Source: Macrostomum hystrix
Taxonomy: Eukaryota > Animalia > Platyhelminthes
Assembly: GCA_950097015.1 (NCBI GenBank)
Contig: CATNEN010000027.1
Span: 620,001-684,000 of the forward strand
Length of the DNA stretch: 64,000 nucleotides
Direction: 5' to 3'
A program made the position numbers and the translations under genes. A model generated the notes under the pieces. It made no database searches. It was not told the DNA's origin and was given only the letters and a program-made list of their open reading frames with translations. Shown in pieces: positions 46,864-59,569 of this stretch (position 1 is its first letter; each line of letters begins with the position of its first letter).

Positions 46864-49800
46864 GGGTGCCAGTCAATTCGGCGACAGGTTAATTCGGCGA
46901 CAACCAATTAGGCGACAAGTCAGTTCGGCGACAACCAATTCGGCGACAAATATAGATTAAAAACTGAAAAAGCCCTTTCGAAAACGGGGGTGTATATAAC
47001 ATGGGCTCGCATTGGGCACACTGGGACAACTGGGTTTGAAACATTATAACAAAAAATACATTTCTTTACCTTCATCAGCGTTTAATGCAAGAAGAGAAAA
47101 ATAGAAAAAAAAATTTATTTTCAGAAACGTTTATTTTAAATTGCTACGTCTTTACTTAATAACTCAAATGTTTTAACAACGATTTTCAACTTCCTTTCGA
47201 TAAAATATTTGCTTTCAACTGAAAGCTTTACTTTTTCTCGAAAAGCAACGAGAAAGCTGTAGTAATTACTCAACTTGTTTGCTGGTAAATTATAAAAATG
47301 ATTTACTTTGTAATGATTTTTGTTTCTAATAGTTTCTGTTAAAGAAGAAGGCATGGAAAAAAATCCGTGACAACAAGCTGCCAATTACGTATATTTACCA
47401 ACAAAAGTAAGGATAATACATACGCTGTGGAACACATATAGAGCTGACTAGAAAGTTAAAACTAATTTGCGGAGCCCAGCAAATAGGAAAATATTTGCCG
47501 ACTGTTTAGAAAAGAAAAAAACAAAAAAACAGAACCGTAGAACTACAAAAAAATGTAGCAAATCCGCACAATTTAAATAAAGTATGCTGAAATGCTAAGT
47601 GTGTAAAAAAACTTTAAGACAAAAATATTGAAAACGTACAAGTTACATTTCGAAACAAATGTTTTAATAAAAAAATTTAAATGCCTAGCGTACAAAAAAT
47701 GAATGAAAAATAAATGAAAACCATAATTTAATAGTTGTAAATTTTACATGCTATGGCGGCCTCATACCCGGTGGGAAAAAAGCTGACGGTCCGCCAGCGC
47801 TGCCGCCATCGGCATCGCCAGCGGCCCGGCAGTCGGGATGCGCCACGAAATGCTAGCGGCCCGCCGTGGCGGCCCGCCAGTGGCATGCCGCCGCTTTGCC
47901 GCCAGAAGTGCTGATATGCCAGCGGCATGCCGCCACTTTGCCGCCGCTTTACCGGCAGCGCTGGCGCTACTACTACTGCAGTACAGTACTACTACTTGAT
48001 TTACAGTGAGATGCCCGCTACTTTTCCAGCAGTACTGCTTATTTTCTAGAGGCATAGTTGCCACTTAAACCAGCAAAATACGCAGGAACGGCAACATTTA
48101 TCAGACGGCAGCATCGTCTATGAGCAAAATGATTTTAATTCATTTAAATGATTGTAATTTAATTCACCATTCAATTTCTATTTACTCAAGCAGTCCAGAG
48201 CTGTCAAATGATTTATTGAATGCCAACTAAAAAGATGCGTAAAGCACTCCATTCGGCTAATTTCCTGAAGGCCACTTGTAACAGAAAGATAGTAGGTACG
48301 GCAAAGTTTTATTTTTCAAAAATAATTAATTCGACTGACATAAAGAGGCGCCTTATAAAAGTATACGTGGGCTGATTGCTCATTGTTAGTTAATTGCTTG
48401 CAACTCAAAAGTCACAAAAGCAGCGCTCACTCCGGCTCATCGTTCCTGCTTTTCATCCGGCGCTGTCTGCCACCCATCCTGTCAGCCGCGTTCTTCAAAG
48501 CTGCCGCTATAGCTTGCTCAATCTCCCGCTCGTTGCTCTTTGGGAAAGATTGCAGTGCGGCCTGTTTTGTGACGTCCTCCAACTGGCCGATGAAGCGCAA
48601 TCGATTGTCAACTCCATGGCGGTTAAACTTGGTTTGCATGTCGTTGGTCAACAACACGCTGACGGCCGAACGCACGAAAGCCCGCACGGTGGTACCACCG
48701 ACTTGTCTGATTTGTCTGATCACTGAGGCCTTGAAAGTCATGTCGTTCAGACGGTTCAGCAAATCCTGAACTTCGTGAGTGCTAGCGCACGGAGAAATTT
48801 TCTCGGCTTCCGCGGGCGCATCGTTGCCATCCATCCTGTCGAGTCTGTCCTCGATTGCTACGACGCGTTTCAGGACGACAGACATCAAATAGTAGACAGA
48901 GCCAACCGTTCCAGGTTGCAAACCCTTTCGACGCACCAGAGAGTCCACGGGTCCGCATTCACCCTCGAAAAGCTGGCGGGGCTGACGTGACGAACTCCTT
49001 GAGCGCGCCTGGCTGTGTCCTTTTGACCTATCGGTACTGTGCACACTGCGCTGTTGACCGCCGCCAGACCTCACCGATGTGTCGTCAGGACTCCTCGAAC
49101 GTGCACTGCCGCGTCGTCTCCGCGATTGGCTCTGCTGCGGACTACGCCGCTGATCGCCGTCAGAGCTCACCGATGTGTCGTCAGGACTCCTCGAACGTGC
49201 ACTGCCGCGTCGTCTCCGCGATTGGCTCTGCTGCGGACTACGCCGCTGATCGCCGTCAGAGCTCACCGATGTGTCGTCAGGACTCCTCGAACGTGCACTG
49301 CCGCGTCGTCTCCGCGATTGGCTCTGCTGCGGAGTGCGCTGGTCTCCACCAGGGCTCGCCAATGGGCCCCGATTCTCCGAACGCGACTCGATCTGCTGCT
49401 GCTTTCGCGACGATCGATCTCTTCTTGGGCTCGTGCTTCTTGACCGAGACCACGGATGCAGCTGCGACAAAGGACGCCTCGGCGGTGGTAAAAGTCTTGG
49501 CGGCTGAGCAGTGATGGCAGGCGTTGAATGTTGAACCAATAGGCTGCTGCCCGAAGGACGCTCAGCTTCGGACTCCAAGCCAGAGGTTTCACCAACACAA
49601 CTGTAGTACAAGTTCTCTGGCGGAAAGCGAAGTCGACCTCCACTGCAAAAGCGAGGCACCTTCTTCAAAATCTGCTCAACAGACATATTTCGCCGCTTTA
49701 TGGTCTGGCAGTGCTTCAATGTAGAGAAAAGATCCGCTTCCTGAGTTGCCACTTGAATGAGGACACCCTTGCATTCGGCTTCCTCGAATTTCACGCGAAG

Positions 49801-50402
49801 AACTCGCTTGTTACCAGGGTCCGCGATAAGATTCTTGTAGATTTCTTCGGACCAATTTGTACAGCAGCTTATAGGGTGTACGGAGAAAGGGTCGTAAGCA
49901 GATCCTTTGTCGCTTGGGAAGTAAACCAAAGCAAACTTTATCTCTTCAAAGTTGAGCATTGCAGATTAAGCTAAAATGAAATTTTGGAAATATCATTTAG
50001 AATTTCCCACTTTATTAAATATATGCTGATCCAATGGATCGCAGTCACTCATGCTCAGGGTGATCACACTGCAATATACTTAGCAGTCGATCCGTTTGTA
50101 TGTATAGTCTAAGTGAAAACAGGAGCTCGGAAAGGAGCATTACTTTTTACCTAATTACAACGACACTCAGTCCGACGAGATTGGAGAATAATTATACCCA
50201 AATTATAGTAATACTCAAACAAAAACGAATAAATTTCCAGAGAATTAGTCACTGATACAAGTCATGTCAAGTTAAACTGTCAATCAAAATACTTTCTTGC
50301 AGAACCCTACTATTCGCAGTCGCCGAATTGACTGTCGCCGAATTGACTTGTCGCCGAATTGGTTGTAGCCGAGTTGGACTGTCGCCGAATTAACTGGAAG
50401 CC
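46864..50402. mobile_element. Non-autonomous Mutator-like (MULE-type) DNA transposon, 3539 bp, carrying a DUF4806/BEN-like ORF
   Basis: Perfect 9-bp TSD CTGCTATTT (46855-46863 and 50403-50411). Imperfect TIR gggtgccagtcaattcggcgacag vs ggcttccagttaattcggcgacag (3 mismatches in 24). Inverted arrays of AATTCGGCGAC/GTCGCCGAATT at both ends. Second copy at 1-1458. Confidence 0.88.
48427..49959 (-). CDS. 510-aa transposon-borne protein: N-terminal FALVYFP module, Arg/Ser-rich 32-aa repeats, C-terminal DUF4806/BEN-like domain
   Basis: Intact ORF. The C-terminus IRQVGGTTVRAFVRSAVSVLLTNDMQTKFNRHGVDNRLRF...EIEQAIAAALKNAADRMGGR matches the DUF4806 pattern as recalled. No DDE motif is evident. Confidence 0.7.
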   Translation of the reverse strand: MLNFEEIKFALVYFPSDKGSAYDPFSVHPISCCTNWSEEIYKNLIADPGNKRVLRVKFEEAECKGVLIQVATQEADLFSTLKHCQTIKRRNMSVEQILKKVPRFCSGGRLRFPPENLYYSCVGETSGLESEAERPSGSSLLVQHSTPAITAQPPRLLPPPRRPLSQLHPWSRSRSTSPRRDRSSRKQQQIESRSENRGPLASPGGDQRTPQQSQSRRRRGSARSRSPDDTSVSSDGDQRRSPQQSQSRRRRGSARSRSPDDTSVSSDGDQRRSPQQSQSRRRRGSARSRSPDDTSVRSGGGQQRSVHSTDRSKGHSQARSRSSSRQPRQLFEGECGPVDSLVRRKGLQPGTVGSVYYLMSVVLKRVVAIEDRLDRMDGNDAPAEAEKISPCASTHEVQDLLNRLNDMTFKASVIRQIRQVGGTTVRAFVRSAVSVLLTNDMQTKFNRHGVDNRLRFIGQLEDVTKQAALQSFPKSNEREIEQAIAAALKNAADRMGGRQRRMKSRNDEPE

Positions 50403-51427
50403 CTGCTATTTATATGTCTTTAAAGGAAACTTAGAAAAAAACGCGTCTACCATAAGGAAAATTAAAACATTCATCTGCTATGGCGTGCCTACAAATTTAT
50501 TAAGTGGTTACTCTCTCAAGCATGGCAAGGCATCATGTCACTGCACACAATTAAAAGTAGGTACAAATCTATCCAAATTAGCCAAACAACTTAAAAAATC
50601 GAATTATCTTCCATCTACACACTGGCATGTACACAGGGATAGTAGCAATTTCTTCCCAATTCGAGTTAAGGCCAAGTTTTCAACTTGTCTGCAACTCGAA
50701 TGCTCTCATGTACTGTGTGTGTGGGCTTTTTATTTTTTCTAAGAAACATTCGATAACTCAAATAGGTATTTTTAACAACAAAACAAAACGATATATATTT
50801 TTTCTTTTAGGTTTTGGAATTAATTTTACTGTGCACAAACTGTTGTATGGATGTTTGTTCGTATGCTTGTATGGAAGTATGAACATTCTTATTTACAGGC
50901 CTTTAGTTCGGTCTAGTAATTTGAGTTGATAGTCAATGAAGCCAAGTTACATTATTGACAAGTCTTATCGACTACTGCCGGTGACCACATTTTGTCGTTT
51001 TCAAGGACGAATCGGTTCGGATTTAAAACGTTTCTTAGGTCTAGCTATTCTCCGAATGGTCAGTCTTTTGAATCGTTTTTAGAAGTGGAACCATTATCTC
51101 GTTATGTGCTCGAAATTTTTCGATCCATTGTCAATATTGTCACTTCGCTACGAAACAAAAACCATACGCCTAACTACGATATTTTGTGAATGTTTTTTCA
51201 AGAACCATTATAATTAAGCATGATGTGTTTTGGATTAAGCCAGTAAAGAAGAAACAATTATTTTAGGGAGATGATGTAGATATTCAGATCATTTACTGCA
51301 ACAGTAGTGTGCCTAAGCCTAAGGAGATGAAGTATACATTTATAAAACTTACTTCGAAACTTTTAGAGCTTGGATTGACTAGCAAGTGAGCCCCAAACTG
51401 CACAACCATAAGTTAAGTTAAGTATTA

Positions 51428-52070
51428 GGGTAATACATCATCAACCAAACAATGAATGTGTATTTTTTAACTTCAAACCTAAGCTACAGATTTTCTATTT
51501 AAGATATGATGATAAATCAAAAGCCAAGTTATAGAAAACAGTTACATCTTTCTAAAAAGTATCTGCTTTTGCTATTTTATCAAATAGAAAAAAAGTTATT
51601 CCTGCTTTTTATCTAAAACCGAACAATGATTTTCATGTATCTTCAAACCAAACAGAGAATTTGATGTTTGGTTTTACAATTTGAGTGAGTGGTTTAATCT
51701 TATTTTAAGGAGTGAACTATCATGAATTATATAATTTGAAAGCATTTTTAATGCTCTATCAATAACTACATTTATGGTCATTTAATTGGTAAGCAACCAT
51801 ATACAATCTTCGTCTAAAGTACATACTGAAAAAATGTTGTTAAAAAGTATGCTTTTGCAATAAAAATTTATACTGAAACATCAATATCTTTCTTTCCTCT
51901 TAATGCTTCATTGCACATCATGCCTCAGCTTGTAGATAATTTCTTCAACTTTCAAATTAGTTGTTCTGTGAAACACAATAGCTTGTTTCTGTCTTGCACG
52001 AGACCAAGGAAAAAGTCAAAATTCTTGTTCGGTTTTGAAGATACACTGTTTGGTTGATGATACATTACCC
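51428..52070. mobile_element. MITE/non-autonomous TIR element (643 bp), TA-flanked
   Basis: Left gggtaatacatcatcaaccaaaca vs reverse complement of right gggtaatgtatcatcaaccaaaca. TA on both sides (51426-27, 52071-72). AT-rich, non-coding interior. Confidence 0.6.
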
Positions 52071-52314
52071 TATCAGGACTGCCAGTTCACTTTAACACCT
52101 TGGCCTATTTATGTTGGCAAAAACCAATTTGGTGACAAGTCACTTTGACAATGGCAACAATCTGCTTTCATAATTCGAAATGGCAAGTAATTTTTTAAGC
52201 ATCACTTTGTTTATGCCTATATTAACAGTGGGATAGGCCTAAGTATTGGTTTCTAATTTGCTTTCTTTTAATTCACTATTTCATGTCAGCTAAATAATGG
52301 TTATTTTAAATTTT

Positions 52315-52649
52315 TAATAATAATAATAATTGATTACACCTGCCCTGATTGGGTTAGATGTGCAGCCAATAGCACAGCCACAGCTATTGCGGGTGCATCT
52401 GAAGGCTGTGTATAGGTATATAGCTCTGAACTGAACTGTATATAGTTCAGTCCATAGACTATGGGGATGCCACACCACTTTCAATTATCCCAGCTGATGC
52501 TAGTACCCATTTAACAGCTGGGTGAACTGAAGCAATGCAGAGTTAAGTGTCTTGCTAAAGGACACAGATTGTTCCAGTGGAGTTGGGAATCAAACACCCA
52601 ACCTTCAACTCGTGAGTCCAACACCCTAACCACTAGGCTACAACCTCTT
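52315..52649 (-). mobile_element. SINE family B (CORE-like) copy with a probable 14-bp TSD
   Basis: Reverse complement of 26944-27233. aatggttattttaa occurs at 52296-52309 and 52651-52664. Confidence 0.8.
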
Positions 52650-53069
52650 AAATGGTTATTTTAAGTTTCAAAATACTATCTCAGTGGGTGTGCATTTTTT
52701 CTACTAGCAAATAGAGGTGAATTGGGTTGGAGAAAAAAGCTGGTGATGGCTTGTCCAATTATTTGGACAAGTGGACTTGATGTCTAAATGTGTAGCTCAA
52801 TTTAAACAATTGTACTATTTAAAACAAGTTATCTTTTAAATACAGTAACTGCTAATTTACTAAGTAAATTAATCTAATTCATATAAAGTAGGCCTAGTTG
52901 ATCTCGATTCTTTTTATTTGTCCAACTTGTTCAGGTTTTTTTAGATATTGAAGATGTAAAATTTCAGATAGTGATCAACTAATTCAATGAGGGCAATTAC
53001 AATTGTCTGCTGTTTACCAAGTTGTCAGCTAGCTTTGGTCATCACTCTGGTTGGATCCATTTGCAGCCT

Positions 53070-53270
53070 TGTTAAAACAGGTAGGCCAGGGCAGATTTGT
53101 CCTCAGGAAGACCAAAGATGATCAGTTTGTTAGCCTTTTTTATTCTTATTTGAACTTCATCCTCAATGGAGCTCAGGGTAGGGGCACTGCCAGCATAGTG
53201 ACAATCACAATGGGCTCTTTGTCTACAAGTTCAAGCTTTGCTAGCCTCGATTCCAGCTCATCAATCATCT
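53070..53270 (-). pseudogene. Degenerate non-LTR retrotransposon ORF1 fragment
   Basis: Frameshifted reading IDELESRLAKLE / SIEDEVQIRIKKANKLIIFGLPEDK resembles the E..R.RR.NL(I/V)I.G(L/I)PE motif of LINE ORF1 proteins. Confidence 0.4.
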
Positions 53271-54498
53271 AAATGAGTTGGTTGAATTGCTCCACATTGT
53301 GCCAAAATCTATTGCAGTCCTTTGTATTTGTGATGTGATTATTATATATATTATATATATTATATTTGTGAATTTTTAGTGATGGGTTTGTAGCAACCCA
53401 TCACTAAATAATTGTGGTGATAATTACTTGGACTATGCATCATCAAAACAAAACATGGAATGCTAGTGTTTCTTTGGAAATGACTACATTACTTCTACTT
53501 CTTGTGATAAATATAATTATTGGGTCCAAAGCTAGGCTATATAGCTAGCCTAGCTTCTTGTCTTGCTTTTGCTTAGCAAGTCTTACAATTAATTACAATA
53601 ACTGTGTGAGGGAAATCTTTGTGATAGCCATTTATAGTGGTAACTAGATTTCTTGATTTAAGAATTCTAGTAGTTAATGCTTAATACTCAAGTATTTCTG
53701 CTTACATTAAATGAATTCTGGTAGGCGTGGATTCCAAAAATAATTACTTTATGTTTCTTTATTTCATATTTAATAGCTTTTGCTAGCTAGCTAAATAGGT
53801 ATAGTAGATATCTATAGTAGATAGATAGATAGTATAGTAGATACTCATAATAATCACTTGCTTATAAGCTGTCCTAAGTCTTACAACCTAAGTTGCGATC
53901 CTAAAAATGGTAAAATATTTTGAGTCGAAAGCCAATTTATTAAAGGAGTAGGCTTTCACCTTTAAAATAGCCAATTACAATTACTAAGCAATTCAGAGAG
54001 ACAATTTGGATTCTAATAATAAAGGCTTTCTTTAGTTATGAGATCATTGTTGATATTACAATGTCTGACATCCGGGTTTCTTCTTGCATTGTTTTAATAT
54101 TGTTGACTTCCTGTGGGTTAGTTACTGAAGTCCATTAATAACCTAAGCAGCAGATTGGCCGATGAACAACTTGACTATTCCAGTTCTGCTACCTGAAGGG
54201 GTGTGTCCGCTTGCGTCTTTTAACTAGCTGGCTAATCTCAACTTTATTTTATCTACGCACGTTTAGCTTTGCGCACTCGACTAGTCTGCTTTTAGGCGGG
54301 TTGGGCAGAAGGCTGTGTTTTATTGCCGCTGGTGGCACGTCAGAGAGAGAGAGAGAAGAGACAAAAAATAACAACCAGAAATTATTTAAGCCCTTTAAAT
54401 CGTCTACCGTCTCTTTTACATAATAAAATTGCAGAACGATTTTGCCCTTAGTTATCAAGAAGACTTAGAGAAGCAGGCAAATATCAGGTGCAAACAAA

Positions 54499-57400
54499 AT
54501 GCTGTCCAGCCGAATCATGTCCAGGGCAGCGCTGCTTCGTTCCAATCGCCTGAGTCGATCATCGGCTGCCGCCAGCCAGACTCTGTTCAGCACCTCATCA
54601 GCTGCCCCAGCCGCGGCCGACACAGAGCCGCCATTCTTCGAAATGGTGGAGAAATTCTTTGACAAAGCCGCCGCCCTGTTAGAGCCAAAGCTAATCGACG
54701 AGATGCCAGCCAAGCTGTCTATTGAAGAGCGCAGCAAACGAGTCCGCGGCATTCTCAGCACTGTGAAGCCGTGCAATCACGTACTGGAGGTGACATTTCC
54801 GGCTCGTCGCGACGATGGCCGCTTTGAAATCATTCGCGGCTGGCGGGCGCAGCACTCGCTGCACAGGACTCCGTGCAAAGGCGGCATTCGCTACGCCACA
54901 GACGTTAATAAGAATGAGGTACAGTATATAGGCACCAACTTTATTTTCTCTCATTTAATTACTTACTCAGTCATGTCTTCTATTTTTGATTTCCTAGTTT
55001 AGTTAATCACTTCGTACTCATTGTCGCATAATTTTGGTCGTTTCTTTGCTTTCGGTCTTTCTGTACTTCAATAAGTCTTTCCGTTGTTTAATTGGTCATT
55101 CCGTAGTTTAATTGGTCATCACGCAGTTTAATTTGTCATTACGTAGATTAATTGGTCATTCTGTAGTTTAATGGGTCATTCCGTTGTCTAATAAGTCATT
55201 CCACAGTTTAGTTGCTCATTCCACAGTCTAATTGGTCATTCCACAGTTTAATTGGTCATTCCACAGTTTAGTTGCTCATTCCACAGTTTAATTGGTCATT
55301 CCACAGTTTAATTGGTCATTCCACAGTTTAATTTGTCATTCCACAGTTTAATTGGTCATTCCACAGTTTAATTGGTCATTCCACAGTTTAGTTGCTCATT
55401 CCACAGTTTAATTGGTCATTCCACAGTTTAATTGGTCATTCCACAGTTTAATTTGTCATTCCACAGTTTAATTGGTCATTCCACAGTTTAATTGGTCATT
55501 CCACAGTTTAGTTGCTCATTCCACAGTTTAATTGGTCATTCCACAGTTTAATTGGTCATTCCACAGTTTAATTGGTCATTCCGTAGTATCATTGCTCATT
55601 CGGTAGTTTAGTTGCGCTATAAGTAGTTTAGGTTATTCAAGTGTAGTTTACTTTTTTTTCTTATAAAGAATAAGCATTTTAATCTAGCAGCAAGTGCATC
55701 CTATTGCATTCACCTGTAAGTAGATTAGTGCATCTGTAATCCACATCGGCCGCAGGTGATGGCCCTGGCGGCTCTCATGACCTACAAGTGCGCGGTTGTC
55801 GATGTGCCATTCGGCGGTGCCAAAGCCGGCCTGGCTATCAATCCCAAGGACTACTCGGAGAATGAGCTGGAGAAGATCACTAGGAGATTCACCGTCGAGC
55901 TGGCCAAGAAGGGCTTCATTGGGCCCGGAGTTGACGTGCCCGCCCCAGACATGGGCACTGGCGAGCGCGAGATGAGCTGGATTGCCGACACCTATGCCAA
56001 TACGCATGGTGAGTGCTCACTACTTCGATACAATAGCTCACAGTATGACTCAAGACCACTGATTTCCAACCACGGCTGACTCTACCTGCCATGTGACCCA
56101 TGACCTCCCATGTGACCCATGACTTCCCATGTGACCCATGACCTCCCATGTGACCCATGACCTTCCATGTGACCCATGACCTTACATGTGACCCATGACC
56201 TCCCATGTGACCCATGACCTTCCATGTGACCCATGACCTTACATGTGACCCATGACCTCCCATGTGACCCATGACCTTCCATGTGACCCATGACCTTACA
56301 TGTGACCCAAGACCTCCCATGTGACACATGACCTCCCTATGTGGCACATGGGACCTCCCTGTGTGACACATGACCTCCCTTTGTGACCGATAAACTGCCA
56401 TGGGACCCATGTCCTCCCATGTGACCCATGTCCTCCCATGTGACCCGTGATCTGCTATGTGACCCGTGATCTGCCATGTGACCCAATACCTTCCATGTGA
56501 CCCATGTGACCCATGACCTTCCATGTGACCCACGACCTCCCCATGTAACCCATGACCGTCTATGTGACCCATGACCTCCCATATGACCCATGTCCTGCAA
56601 TATGTGAACCATGACCTCCCATGTGACCCACGAATTCCCGTGTCTACTTGTCCCGTGTCACCCACCGCTTCCCATGTAACCTACGGCCTTTCTAAAAGCC
56701 TGAATCCATTCATTTGACACACAACATGTAGTAATATTAAAAAGTTCTAGTGTTATCTTTAAAGTGTCACAACTTTATATCGTTAAGTTTTAGGCTAGCG
56801 CAACTGAAAGATTAAGTTGACTGACCTTCGTAGCTAGAGTTATTATTGCCTGCTTTTGCTAGATAAAGGCGATAATAATCCTGGCCTGAGTATCGTACTA
56901 CTAGCGGGCCTGTGTTTTTAAGCCCTCACGCCGCACGTATGACTGCTGAGCTTCAGACTAAAGGACCTATTGTACACTCGTACTATGTCAATGAAGTGTA
57001 TAGTGAAATGTTTCACTTTAGTATGTATCTAAAAGCGCTTGTATTTCTACTTCAAGTAGACTAGTAGGTAAAACTATTTACTTAATTTTCTAGGCTTCAA
57101 AGATTTGGATGCTTACGCCTGCGTTACTGGCAAGCCAATCTCAATGGGCGGCATTCACGGCAGAATCTCTGCTACTGGACGTGTGAGTTGAAATCTTGTT
57201 TCTGCGTCTGCTACTATCGTTAACTATTTTAGATTTATTGAATTGTAATTTTTCATTTTTGAGTACAAACATCAAAAGACGAATCAAGCAATCTATCAAT
57301 CAGTAGTTGCCGCAAATATTCAGGGTGTTTTCCACGGCATCGAGAACTTCATTAACGAGGCCAGCTACATGAGCCAGGTGGGCCTGACACCGGGCTTCGG

Positions 57401-58653
57401 CGACAAGACCTTCATCATCCAGGGCTTCGGCAATGTCGGCCTGCACTCGATGCGCTACCTGCACAGAGCCGGCGCCAGGTGCATCGGTGTTATCGAATAC
57501 GACGGCGCCATCTATAATCCGGAGGGCATCGATCCGAAGGATCTGGAGAATCACAAGATTGTTAGTTACATTTTCATTTCTAACAGCTTGTATGTAGAAG
57601 GGTACAGATATTTAAATCCGTACGAGTATAATGTAAAGGCTAAGATTCGTGAAACTTTAAATTTTCGATTCGGAAAAATCCTAAAATTTTGTTTTAAAAA
57701 GTCAGTACGAGATTCATCAAGGTTCGATAATAAGGAGCACGGCACATTCGTAAATTTTCGGCAACGAGATTCGTAATATTTTTTCGGGATTGTGATTAGC
57801 GAAACTTCAGTCTTGAAAAAAACTGGAAAACATTTAGTTATTGTAGTTTTTTATTAGAAAAGCTTCGACATTAAAAACTGAGAATTTTATAGATTAAATT
57901 TCAGATTTAGAAAGCTTTATTATTCCAACTCGAAAAAATCCCATTCGAAAAAAGGTATCATAAGGGCCATAGGATCTAACTTAGATTTACAAAACTGTTG
58001 ATGGCACCTGCCATTACTTGACCGCTCAGGAGCACGGCACTATCGTTGGCTTCCCCGGCGCCAGGGCCTACACTCCCAAGGACGATCTGATGTTCGAGAA
58101 ATGCGACATCTTAGTCCCAGCCGCCGCAGAGAAGGCCATCAACCTAGGCAACGCTGACCGCATCAAGGCTCGCATCATTGCCGAGGGCGCCAACGGGCCG
58201 ACAACTGGCGGCGCAGAGCAGATCCTGCGCAGCAAGAATGTGCTCGTGATCCCCGATCTCTACCTGAATGCCGGCGGTGTCACCGTCTCCTATTTCGAAT
58301 GGTTGAAGAATCTCAACCACGTGAGCTACGGCAGGCTGACTTTCAAATACGAGCGCGACTCGAACTACCAGCTGCTGGAGAGCGTGCAGCAGTCGCTGGA
58401 GCGCAAGTTTGGACGGCACGGCGGCAAAATCCCGGTGACACCAACTGCCGAATACGAGGACCGCATGGCGGGCGCCAACGAGGTGGACATTGTGCACTCT
58501 GGCCTAGACTACACAATGGCTAGGTCAGCTAATAAAATGATGCAGATCGGCATGAAGTACAATCTGGGCCTGGATCTGCGCACCGCTGCCTTCATTGGCG
58601 CCATTGAAAAGATCTATCAGGTCTATCGCACGTCCGGCATGCTCTTTATCTAG
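54499..58653 (+). CDS. GLUD1: Mitochondrial glutamate dehydrogenase (~540 aa, animal type with antenna)
   Basis: Exons 54499-54918, 55756-56008, 57094-57182, 57324-57560, 58030-58653 join in phase. Transit peptide, [37 protein letters not shown]. Confidence 0.97.
55080..55600. repeat. 20-bp intronic minisatellite with a 120-bp higher-order period
   Basis: Unit ccacagtttaattggtcatt. The variant pattern recurs at 55261/55381/55501 and at 55321/55441. Confidence 0.93.
56090..56640. repeat. 19-bp intronic minisatellite (GDH intron 2)
   Basis: tgacctcccatgtgaccca variants. Confidence 0.93.
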
Positions 58654-59569
58654 ACTCTGCTATCTTTACTACTTATAACATGAGCTGCACTAAGTAGTAT
58701 GGAAAGCGTTTGCAATAATTTCCCTTCGTAAAGGAAGAATTTTTATTAACTGAAGGGGACTAGTTGTGAGAGTGCGCACCACACCAATTACCAATTGGTG
58801 TATTTTTAATTACCAAAAGCATGGACTACTAAATTCTCCTTTATTTAGTAGTCCCTGGACCAAGGGTTGTAATATGTCTACTAAAGGATATAATACATCA
58901 AACTTCCTGCTCATTTGGCGCCTTTAGATTCACTTTTTAAAATGTACCTTTTTAGGTGCATTTGGTGATTGCGTTAAAAAACGTTAAATTTAGTTTAGTA
59001 AAAAGTTATGATGTCTATTTCTTACAAATTTATAATAGTGTGAAACGTTTTTTTGTCAAGTTCTATCCAGAGGTTGTTATGAAATTATTTGCATGTTTGT
59101 GTTCTTTGCTTAATTTCTGGTGTACTTTTTAGTCGAGAAGCGAACGTAAGAAGTAACGAAAAATGAATGGAGTAACGGAAGTACACTTTATTTAACGGAA
59201 GTATTTATTTCAAATGTATTTATCCTCAGTCGATCTCTTTGTCTGAAGTCTGTCTGTAGTCATTGTCAGTTTATTTATATTTTTTACCTTAGAGTAATCG
59301 AGTTATTTTTTACTTGTCTAGGGCACAAACCCTGCACAAGAGCTGGTCGACAACTAAATAAAGTAAAACACAGTTGGCCTTCACAAGCCTTCTACGCAAG
59401 GATTTCCATTTGTAGAAACAAATATATATTTCTAAAGTTTCCCTTTTTTCTTTGAGAATACAGGCCAGTAAATTTATTCAAAAGTCGTCTGCAACACTGT
59501 ACAGAGGATCTACAAACAATTATGACAGGGATCGGCAACCTCCGACAATCCGGCCTCATAGAACACTCC

